Origin: Escherichia phage T4
Strand: one strand, 5' to 3'
Length of the DNA stretch: 64,000 nucleotides
Sequence record: NC_000866.4
Part shown: piece after piece, positions 56,659 through 64,000 of the stretch
How the letters are laid out: each line of letters opens with the position of its first letter
Numbering within the stretch: the stretch's first letter is position 1
Notes under the pieces: generated by a model
What the model was told of the DNA's origin: nothing
The model's database searches: none
Seen by the model: the letters and a program-made list of their open reading frames with translations, nothing else
Made by a program: the position numbers and the translations under genes

Positions 56659-57753
56659 ATGGCAATTGTTAAAGAAATAACTGCTGATTTAATTAAAAAG
56701 TCCGGTGAGAAAATTTCAGCCGGACAGAGTACTAAATCAGAAGTAGGAACTAAAACATACACAGCCCAGTTTCCAACTGGGCGTGCTAGTGGTAATGACA
56801 CTACAGAGGACTTCCAGGTAACAGATCTATATAAGAATGGATTATTATTTACTGCATACAATATGTCATCTAGGGATTCTGGAAGTCTTAGATCGATGAG
56901 ATCTAACTACTCTTCTTCATCTTCGAGTATTTTACGTACAGCTAGAAACACTATTAGTAGTACAGTATCAAAACTATCAAATGGATTAATATCAAATAAT
57001 AATTCAGGAACAATAAGTAAATCTCCTATCGCAAACATTCTTTTACCGAGATCTAAATCTGATGTTGATACATCATCACATAGATTTAATGATGTTCAAG
57101 AAAGCCTTATCAGTAGAGGCGGAGGTACTGCTACTGGTGTGCTAAGTAATATTGCTTCAACCGCAGTATTTGGGGCACTGGAAAGTATAACACAAGGTAT
57201 AATGGCTGATAATAATGAACAGATTTATACGACAGCCAGAAGTATGTATGGTGGTGCTGAAAATAGAACTAAAGTGTTTACATGGGATTTGACTCCACGT
57301 TCAACAGAAGATTTAATGGCTATTATTAATATCTATCAATATTTTAACTATTTTTCTTATGGTGAAACGGGTAAATCTCAATATGCTGCTGAAATAAAGG
57401 GGTATTTAGATGATTGGTATCGTTCTACGTTAATTGAACCTTTATCTCCGGAAGACGCAGCTAAAAATAAAACACTATTTGAGAAAATGACATCGAGTTT
57501 AACTAACGTTCTAGTAGTTTCAAACCCGACAGTTTGGATGGTGAAAAACTTTGGCGCAACATCTAAGTTTGATGGAAAAACGGAAATATTTGGTCCATGT
57601 CAAATACAGAGCATTAGATTTGATAAAACACCTAATGGTAACTTTAACGGATTAGCTATTGCTCCAAACCTCCCTAGTACATTTACTCTCGAGATTACTA
57701 TGAGAGAAATTATCACGTTAAACCGTGCTTCTTTATATGCGGGGACTTTTTAA
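56659..57753 (+). CDS. 48: baseplate-tail tube junction protein gp48
   Basis: 364-aa ORF. Confidence 0.9.
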   Translation: MAIVKEITADLIKKSGEKISAGQSTKSEVGTKTYTAQFPTGRASGNDTTEDFQVTDLYKNGLLFTAYNMSSRDSGSLRSMRSNYSSSSSSILRTARNTISSTVSKLSNGLISNNNSGTISKSPIANILLPRSKSDVDTSSHRFNDVQESLISRGGGTATGVLSNIASTAVFGALESITQGIMADNNEQIYTTARSMYGGAENRTKVFTWDLTPRSTEDLMAIINIYQYFNYFSYGETGKSQYAAEIKGYLDDWYRSTLIEPLSPEDAAKNKTLFEKMTSSLTNVLVVSNPTVWMVKNFGATSKFDGKTEIFGPCQIQSIRFDKTPNGNFNGLAIAPNLPSTFTLEITMREIITLNRASLYAGTF

Positions 57754-58715
57754 TGTATTCTTTAGAGGAATTTAATAATCAAGCAATAAACGCAGATTTC
57801 CAACGTAATAATATGTTTAGCTGCGTTTTTGCGACAACTCCATCAACTAAAAGCTCTTCGTTGATAAGTTCAATTAGCAACTTTTCTTATAATAACTTGG
57901 GCCTAAATTCAGATTGGTTAGGATTAACTCAAGGTGATATTAATCAGGGAATTACCACGCTAATTACAGCTGGCACACAAAAACTGATAAGAAAATCAGG
58001 AGTCAGTAAATATCTTATTGGTGCCATGAGTCAACGTACAGTTCAAAGTTTATTAGGCTCATTTACAGTTGGTACATATTTAATTGACTTCTTTAACATG
58101 GCATATAACTCATCTGGATTGATGATATACTCTGTAAAAATGCCAGAGAATAGATTATCCTATGAAACTGACTGGAACTATAATTCTCCTAATATTCGTA
58201 TAACCGGAAGAGAATTAGACCCTTTGGTTATTTCATTTAGAATGGATTCAGAAGCTTGTAACTATCGTGCAATGCAAGACTGGGTTAACTCCGTTCAAGA
58301 CCCAGTAACTGGACTGCGTGCTTTGCCACAAGATGTCGAGGCAGATATTCAGGTTAATCTTCATTCTCGCAATGGATTACCTCATACTGCGGTGATGTTC
58401 ACGATGCATTCAATATCAGTGAGCGCTCCTGAGTTATCATATGATGGAGATAACCAAATAACTACATTTGATGTTACTTTTGCGTACAGAGTGATGCAGG
58501 CTGGAGCAGTTGATAGGCAACGTGCGCTTGAATGGCTTGAATCTGCTGCTATAAATGGTATTCAAAGCGTTCTCGGAAATAGTGGAGGTGTTACTGGACT
58601 ATCTAATTCGCTTTCACGACTTAGTAGATTAGGGGGAACTGCAGGAAGCATTTCAAACATTAATACTATGACAGGAATTGTCAATTCGCAGAGTAAAATA
58701 TTAGGAGCAATATAA
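57753..58715 (+). CDS. 54: baseplate-tail tube initiator gp54
   Basis: 320-aa ORF, coupled to gene 48. Confidence 0.9.
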   Translation: MYSLEEFNNQAINADFQRNNMFSCVFATTPSTKSSSLISSISNFSYNNLGLNSDWLGLTQGDINQGITTLITAGTQKLIRKSGVSKYLIGAMSQRTVQSLLGSFTVGTYLIDFFNMAYNSSGLMIYSVKMPENRLSYETDWNYNSPNIRITGRELDPLVISFRMDSEACNYRAMQDWVNSVQDPVTGLRALPQDVEADIQVNLHSRNGLPHTAVMFTMHSISVSAPELSYDGDNQITTFDVTFAYRVMQAGAVDRQRALEWLESAAINGIQSVLGNSGGVTGLSNSLSRLSRLGGTAGSISNINTMTGIVNSQSKILGAI

Positions 58716-58721
58716 CAATGG

Positions 58722-58740
58722 GGACCGAAAGGTCCATATT
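58722..58740. terminator. terminator-like hairpin between convergent genes 54 and alt.-3
   Basis: GGACC-GAAA-GGTCC followed by ATATTTTTATTT. Confidence 0.45.
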
Positions 58741-58741
58741 T

Positions 58742-59032
58742 TTATTTACGGAATGAAATGAAAGCAGCAACTGAAGCAACTAAACTGTCTTCAATATAAA
58801 CTTCAATTTTTACAGGAGCTTCTGACTCAAATTTACCTGTTACTACACCCTGAAAAATACTTTCAGTCTGTTCTGGCTTTGAAAAATTTTCAGAAGGAAA
58901 AATTCCGAACTTTTTATCTGTTCCAAAAATTTTGATAAATTCATCGTAAACCGCTTCGTTAAAAGCATTATCAGCAGGAATAACGCCTTCAACTACAAGT
59001 TCTTGACCTAAAAAGCGTAAAGAAGATTTCAT
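58742..59032 (-). CDS. hypothetical protein (T4 alt.-3 position)
   Basis: 96-aa ORF downstream of an early promoter. Confidence 0.55.
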   Translation of the reverse strand: MKSSLRFLGQELVVEGVIPADNAFNEAVYDEFIKIFGTDKKFGIFPSENFSKPEQTESIFQGVVTGKFESEAPVKIEVYIEDSLVASVAAFISFRK

Positions 59033-59057
59033 TTTGTGTTCCTCATGTTATGTTAGT

Positions 59058-59093
59058 AAGACTACTATAACACAACACGAGGGACTTGTAAAC
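59058..59093 (-). promoter_or_regulatory. early promoter (-35 GTTTAC, -10 TATAGT) upstream of alt.-3
   Basis: minus-strand GTTTAC at 59093..59088 with TATAGT after an 18-nt spacer. Confidence 0.45.
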
Positions 59094-59450
59094 TACATTT
59101 TGAACTTTTTAGTACGCGTAATAGGCATGCGTCGATTTTATACTGTTTCATTGTTTGAAGAGCAGTATCAAAAACAGCATTAATGACACCAATTGGATTT
59201 CCACCCAAGTTTTTAAGCTTAACTAATGATAGTTTCTCATTAACACCTATCATTACGATATGCATCATTTTATCGCCTGGTTTAACGTTTTATTTGTATC
59301 ACCGCCAGAGGTGTATGTACAAAATCTAAATCCAGGAAGTACACTTTCTTCACCGGCTTGAATAGCAAAAATTTGTGGTATTTTATGCTTAGGATTTAAT
59401 GTAACAACCGGCGCCGAAGCGCCGTCAAATAATTCTGTAATAAGTTCCAT
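59065..59450 (-). pseudogene. frameshifted partial duplicate of the alt 5' region (two ORFs of 61 and 67 aa; T4 alt.-1 and alt.-2 positions)
   Basis: ORF 59265..59450 aligns to Alt residues 1-55 and ORF 59065..59268 to Alt residues ~64-130; one nucleotide missing relative to alt between 59268 and 59300 shifts the frame; 28-bp identity with the alt 5' end. Confidence 0.6.
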
Positions 59451-59453
59451 GAT

Positions 59454-61502
59454 TTATCCTTGAACGAACTTGTAAGGCATGTTTGCAATATCTATGCAAG
59501 ACGCAATAATTCCAAGAGATGATTCTACTTTCTGTTTAACATTTGATGAAACAAATGATGCAAAGTCAACTCTATCTTCTATATCACCTGTCATTGTAAC
59601 CAATTCACCAGTTTCCATTAAATGGTCTCCGTCATAGATTACCGATTCGGTGAGTTCTTCTGTGGTCATAACTTCAGCTTGAATAAGCTTGTTGTTAGTT
59701 TTAACTGTTCCATCATTGTAAGATGCATCGGTTATTTTATTAACTTTGACCATTAATCCACGTGGCAAAATGACTTCCATTTCATTTGAAGGCGCTAAAC
59801 TTCCACCGGGTAAAACAACATTGACCTTATCAGCCCCAGTAATAACCCATCCAATTCCAACTAAATTATCGCTAGAATTTACAAGTCCTTCATCAGTTTT
59901 ATCAATAGAAACGCTTAAACGCTTTTCGTCTGGTAAAACACCTATAGATGAATCAGTCATCCAAGTACCAAAAATATTTGGATATAATGATGTTGACACA
60001 AAGTTTCTAAAATAAAAAACTCGATTTTTTACCATTGCTTCGTATATTGAAGGTAACATTCGTTGTGAACGATACAAAGTAATACCTTTTGGTAATCGTT
60101 CACCATTTTTAAAGGCTGAATCTAAATTATCAATAGCTTTTTCTATGTCAGATGCTGTCAAAATACTTGTACGCTCATCTGGATTATATAATCCCAAAAG
60201 AGCATTATTTATGTCTACATATCCTGAACCTACGTATTCACGAATTCCGCGTTTTTGCGCTGGTGTGTATTTAGATGAATCTTTATTTTCGACTATAGGA
60301 TGTAATGACCATCCAGCGGTAAGAGCATATCCACGTAATTCTCTTCGAATAATCTTTGTTTTTATTGCATTCCAAGAATTTTGTACTAACTCATTTGCAG
60401 CATCTTGGTTTAAATGCGAATGTTTGTTAATATTTCTTTCAAACCAAGCACCCTTATATTTTTCTAAAGTATCATCGACGATAGAAGCAATAGTTTCTAA
60501 GGTTTTTATTGAAGTAATAGATTCTTTTCGTAATCTTTCTAAAGCTTTATTTTTTATTTCTGCGTTAATAATGGATTCTTTATCTTCAGGAATTATAGAA
60601 GCTTCTCTGAATGCCATCCCAGCTGTAACACTGCTAAGAGCATTCTCTAGTGCAAATCCTGAAGTAGAAATTACCGTTAATTCATTAGAATCAGAAATTA
60701 AAGGCGCGTCCGCTGGTTTATTTAATTCGGCCGCTGAAGCCTCAAATTTTTGAAACATTGGTGTTTCAAATCTAGAAGATTCCAATGACTGACTTTGCGC
60801 AATTGCTCTACGGGAAATTTTAACTTTAACGATTACAGCTTGGTCAGAACGTTTATCATTTTCTTGCGCAATAGATGCTGCAATTGCCTCATTTTTAGTT
60901 ACTTGAGCCCCAGTATCTTTATTGATATAAACATCACCGACCTTCGATTCAACTTTAGTAAAGAGCTCGGTACTAATTTCCGGAACTCCTGGAATGTCTT
61001 CTAGTGATACATTTTTGCGATGTATAAGAATATATGCATACTTTTTATCGTAATCCCAGAGTTCCTTAAGAAGGACGTATCTACCACCTGAACGACTACG
61101 GATAAGTCTATCAGCAATAACTTGAATTTGTCGAGCTTGGCCAGCAGTTTTAGACTTAAGAATACGGAGCATACAGGCATCAATTTTATACTGGCGCATT
61201 GTTTGCATTGCAACAGTAAAAACTGAATTGATATAATTAATTGGGCTTGGACCAAGACCTTTTAATTTAGCAATTGAACCTTTAGCAGTTAATGTAAAAG
61301 GAACAATATGCATCATTTTATCGCCCATCTTTAAATCACGATTAGTATCACCTCCAGATGTATAGGTACATAAACGAAAGCCTGGTTGTTCAATTGCATC
61401 ATCAACATGAACTGAAAAAATTTGCGGTATTTTCTTCTTTGGATATAAGTTTGTAATTGGAAGAGTAGTATCTTCGTCAAATAATTCTGTAATAAGTTCC
61501 AT
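59454..61502 (-). CDS. alt: ADP-ribosyltransferase Alt (packaged, modifies host RNA polymerase)
   Basis: large ORF (683 codons from the first of two adjacent ATGs at 61505; 682 aa from the second); ADP-ribosyltransferase-like R / STS / ExE elements (YRSQR, FVSTSL, EMEV); N-terminus MELITELF resembles a capsid targeting sequence. Confidence 0.9.
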   Translation of the reverse strand: MELITELFDEDTTLPITNLYPKKKIPQIFSVHVDDAIEQPGFRLCTYTSGGDTNRDLKMGDKMMHIVPFTLTAKGSIAKLKGLGPSPINYINSVFTVAMQTMRQYKIDACMLRILKSKTAGQARQIQVIADRLIRSRSGGRYVLLKELWDYDKKYAYILIHRKNVSLEDIPGVPEISTELFTKVESKVGDVYINKDTGAQVTKNEAIAASIAQENDKRSDQAVIVKVKISRRAIAQSQSLESSRFETPMFQKFEASAAELNKPADAPLISDSNELTVISTSGFALENALSSVTAGMAFREASIIPEDKESIINAEIKNKALERLRKESITSIKTLETIASIVDDTLEKYKGAWFERNINKHSHLNQDAANELVQNSWNAIKTKIIRRELRGYALTAGWSLHPIVENKDSSKYTPAQKRGIREYVGSGYVDINNALLGLYNPDERTSILTASDIEKAIDNLDSAFKNGERLPKGITLYRSQRMLPSIYEAMVKNRVFYFRNFVSTSLYPNIFGTWMTDSSIGVLPDEKRLSVSIDKTDEGLVNSSDNLVGIGWVITGADKVNVVLPGGSLAPSNEMEVILPRGLMVKVNKITDASYNDGTVKTNNKLIQAEVMTTEELTESVIYDGDHLMETGELVTMTGDIEDRVDFASFVSSNVKQKVESSLGIIASCIDIANMPYKFVQG

Positions 61503-61530
61503 CATATCCTCTCTAGTGTTTATTCTATTC

Positions 61531-61538
61531 TATTTATA
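61531..61538 (-). promoter_or_regulatory. late promoter TATAAATA for alt
   Basis: plus-strand TATTTATA = minus-strand TATAAATA 29 nt upstream of the alt start. Confidence 0.6.
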
Positions 61539-61543
61539 AAATT

Positions 61544-61561
61544 AAAGGCCCGAAGGCCTTT
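61544..61561 (-). other. UUCG-tetraloop hairpin upstream of the alt late promoter
   Basis: AAAGGCC-CGAA-GGCCTTT (7-bp stem) immediately after the stop of the upstream small ORF. Confidence 0.45.
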
Positions 61562-61748
61562 AATAATCTATTGGTAAGAGAGTACGATATATTTCAAACT
61601 TTGGACCTTTTTCATAAGCATCAAATGTTTCTGTGAATTTATTATAAGCATATGCATCTATAAATTCAATCATGATTTGTGATACAGAAGTAGAAACATC
61701 TCCACCTTCTTTTTGAGCCACGACAATTGTTTCTAAGTAAGCTTTCAT
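61560..61748 (-). CDS. hypothetical small protein between gene 30 and alt
   Basis: 62-aa ORF, ATGA-coupled to gene 30. Confidence 0.5.
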   Translation of the reverse strand: MKAYLETIVVAQKEGGDVSTSVSQIMIEFIDAYAYNKFTETFDAYEKGPKFEIYRTLLPIDY

Positions 61749-63208
61749 AGACCAGTTACCTCATGAAAATCACCAAATACATCTTCGAATGTATTAGCTT
61801 TAGTTTTATCTTCACGTAAACGAATCGCAATCGGAAGAAATAATTTAACGTAATCAGTGCGGCCATCAGATTTTAACCAACCGTTGCATTCGCACTCTAG
61901 AATTTTTCCAATATAATAATTTTGGTTTTCCATAATGCGAGTACGGTCAAGTTCATGCGATTTTACACCGGCTTTATCTTTTAAGCCTGAACCAGCATTT
62001 ACCTTAATTTTTCCACACTCTGACTCAAGAATAAATCCACCCGCTTTAGTAGGGTCTTTACGGTGAGGATAAATTCCTACAATTTTTAAATCAACATCAA
62101 TTACTTCTTTAAATTTATAAAGATTTTTTGAACGAGCATTTTCCCATAATCCATCGATATTTTTGAGAATAATACCTTCAAGACCTTGGTCAATATACTT
62201 TTTATAAATTACCTTAGCTTCATCTAGGTTATTTACTACCTGGTTTTCAATTAAAATTACTTTATCATATCCAGATGTCATTTGTTCTAGTTTAGAAAAA
62301 CGTACATCATATTTCAAACGAAATGCAGGAAGACTGTATATTTCTACCAACGGGACATAATCCCAGACCTGAAACTTCATGCATTGTGCTTCTTTTTCAG
62401 AAATGGTTCCCTTTAAAGATTTATTGGCGATTCCATTAGAAGCAGTACGTGATTCAGCTACTTCGGCGAATTCTTTAGCTTTACTGTTTTCAGGATAAGC
62501 ATCAAAAAGAAAATCTAGGCCTTCTGGCTCCTTTTTAACTTGCTCATGGTATACCAATTCGCCATCAATCAACACACCTTCTGGATGAATCTGGCGGGCT
62601 TCAGCGGTCATTTTAATTAACTCTTCCTTAAGAAGATCTAATCCTAGATATTCATTACCAGCTCGTGATAAAAGACGAACATCATCTAATTCATCACCTC
62701 TAACTTCAGCAAAACACCGAGCTCCATCAGCTTTTAACTGAGCAAAGGCTGGAAATTTGATATTCTTATTAATGCCTTTTTCATCATAAGAACTTGCGAG
62801 CATTTGAGGTTGTTCAGGAATTAAACCTGGCCAAACTTTGTTTGCAATAGATACTGAAGCACCACATTCAAGGTCTCGCATCATCACTCGACGCAAAACT
62901 TCAACATCATCTTTTTTACCATCGGTGATATATCCAGTTAATTCCTCAATTGCTGCATTTCCAGTCAATTTCCGAGTAGCTAATGTGAATTCAATGAAGT
63001 CAAGCATATCGGTAAGAGTCAACATTCCAAAACTCTGGGTAGCAATACCAGGTTTAGGCCATTTCTTGATATAATACTGTAACCCACGAGAATAAGTCAG
63101 ACGATATACTCGTTTAAGCAATTCATTATCTTTATTCTTTTCAAGAATTGCTTGCTTCTGTTTAGTTGAACCAATAGATGCTATTTCGTTCAGAATTTTA
63201 AGAATCAT
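61745..63208 (-). CDS. 30: ATP-dependent DNA ligase
   Basis: 487-aa ORF with adenylation motif KADGARC (KxDG). Confidence 0.95.
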   Translation of the reverse strand: MILKILNEIASIGSTKQKQAILEKNKDNELLKRVYRLTYSRGLQYYIKKWPKPGIATQSFGMLTLTDMLDFIEFTLATRKLTGNAAIEELTGYITDGKKDDVEVLRRVMMRDLECGASVSIANKVWPGLIPEQPQMLASSYDEKGINKNIKFPAFAQLKADGARCFAEVRGDELDDVRLLSRAGNEYLGLDLLKEELIKMTAEARQIHPEGVLIDGELVYHEQVKKEPEGLDFLFDAYPENSKAKEFAEVAESRTASNGIANKSLKGTISEKEAQCMKFQVWDYVPLVEIYSLPAFRLKYDVRFSKLEQMTSGYDKVILIENQVVNNLDEAKVIYKKYIDQGLEGIILKNIDGLWENARSKNLYKFKEVIDVDLKIVGIYPHRKDPTKAGGFILESECGKIKVNAGSGLKDKAGVKSHELDRTRIMENQNYYIGKILECECNGWLKSDGRTDYVKLFLPIAIRLREDKTKANTFEDVFGDFHEVTGL

Positions 63209-63474
63209 TGTTCATCCTTTAGAGTTTGGTTTACAGCTCTATTATAAATCAATTCATCATTAAGCTCAGTCAAAGACCTGTGGTACGTGGTTCTAACTTT
63301 ATTTCCTTGCATCCAGTGCTTGATATAAATGAAACCTTGCTCTACACATTTTTTAAAAATTCGTTCGTCTTTTTGAGCTCGGAATTCTGGATTGCATCTA
63401 AAAAATTGATTTACGTGACCGTAATCACGTGTAGTATTACCTTCATTTTCATAAATAGTGTGAACAACAAACAT
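63205..63474 (-). CDS. hypothetical protein (T4 30.1 position)
   Basis: 89-aa ORF coupled to gene 30. Confidence 0.55.
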   Translation of the reverse strand: MFVVHTIYENEGNTTRDYGHVNQFFRCNPEFRAQKDERIFKKCVEQGFIYIKHWMQGNKVRTTYHRSLTELNDELIYNRAVNQTLKDEQ

Positions 63475-63977
63475 TAGAATGCTCCTTGGAAAATATTATC
63501 ACCACAAGTAGGTCTATTATACAAATACTCTATACCGCCGGGCTTAATATAGTTCCATGTCTGAAACGGATGCGTCTGATATGGATGATATGGATTATAA
63601 GGATTAAATCCAGGAGTTCTCCAGGTAGTGTTCCAAGGAAAAGAATCGTTTTTAATCATCTTTTCAATTACATCTTTTATAGCTTTTTCACTATCAAAAC
63701 TTTCTTTATTTTCCTTTGGTGAAAAAAGCTTATTCTCTACATCGTTCCATGTATAAACTCGCTGAGCAGTTTTTGGAATATTGTCACGCTCTCCTCGAGC
63801 CATCCAATACACAGGAACACGTAATATTTCACTCGCGTGATCGCAGTGGTGAGCGAGATCGTCAATATAACAAATTACGTTATATTTCTCTTTTGCTTTT
63901 TTGAACAACTCTTCTTTTGAAGAATCATGACTACACATCAGTACTTCTGAGAAAGCACCAGGAAAAAGAGCATTCAA
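63474..63977 (-). CDS. hypothetical protein (T4 30.2 position)
   Basis: 167-aa ORF. Confidence 0.55.
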   Translation of the reverse strand: MNALFPGAFSEVLMCSHDSSKEELFKKAKEKYNVICYIDDLAHHCDHASEILRVPVYWMARGERDNIPKTAQRVYTWNDVENKLFSPKENKESFDSEKAIKDVIEKMIKNDSFPWNTTWRTPGFNPYNPYHPYQTHPFQTWNYIKPGGIEYLYNRPTCGDNIFQGAF

Positions 63978-64000
63978 ATTAAATTGACGATTTAATAGAG

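Noticed and set aside
60145-60753. 202-aa plus-strand ORF inside alt
   Set aside because: Antisense to a well-supported large gene, no promoter or RBS context; typical spurious ORF in AT-rich sequence. The same reasoning applies to other antisense track ORFs (e.g. 1455..1637, 2006..2194, 3282..3497, 14210..14419, 20888..21247, 22504..22839, 27389..27732, 40278..40622, 41131..41529, 47534..47993, 49213..49485).

Overview
This window is a contiguous block of a T4-type (T-even, Tevenvirinae) myovirus genome. The lysozyme (e) ORF differs from the T4 lysozyme sequence as I recall it at only two residues and the endonuclease V (denV) ORF matches my recollection exactly, so this is T4 or a very close relative. 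The left ~13 kb is transcribed leftward (minus strand): denV, internal proteins ipII/ipIII, lysozyme e, Nudix hydrolase nudE, seven small uncharacterised early ORFs, a terminator, two tRNA-like stable RNAs, tRNA-Arg, the homing endonuclease segB, seven tightly packed tRNAs, three small ORFs, ipI, 57B/57A, dNMP kinase (gene 1), and genes 3, 2 and 4. From 13.4 kb to 58.7 kb lies the classic plus-strand late morphogenesis block (53, 5, 5.4, 6-12, wac, 13-24, then 51, 27-29, 48, 54), interrupted by minus-strand islands (segD; rnlB-hoc-inh; uvsY-25-26). segE and uvsW sit on the plus strand between these islands. The right end carries alt with an upstream frameshifted partial copy of itself, DNA ligase (gene 30) and neighbours on the minus strand. 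Regulatory signals are readable directly: exact TATAAATA late promoters, a family of early promoters (GTTTAC -35, TACTAT-like -10) and GC-rich tetraloop hairpins/terminators. I see no foreign or clearly novel multi-gene system; the most interesting items are a split GIY-YIG endonuclease (segC region), the frameshifted alt duplicate, a 47-bp perfect repeat shared by ipII and ipIII, promoter-embedded dyads, and clusters of uncharacterised small early ORFs. Gene names rest on protein sequences and gene order I recognise from phage T4; no database search was run.
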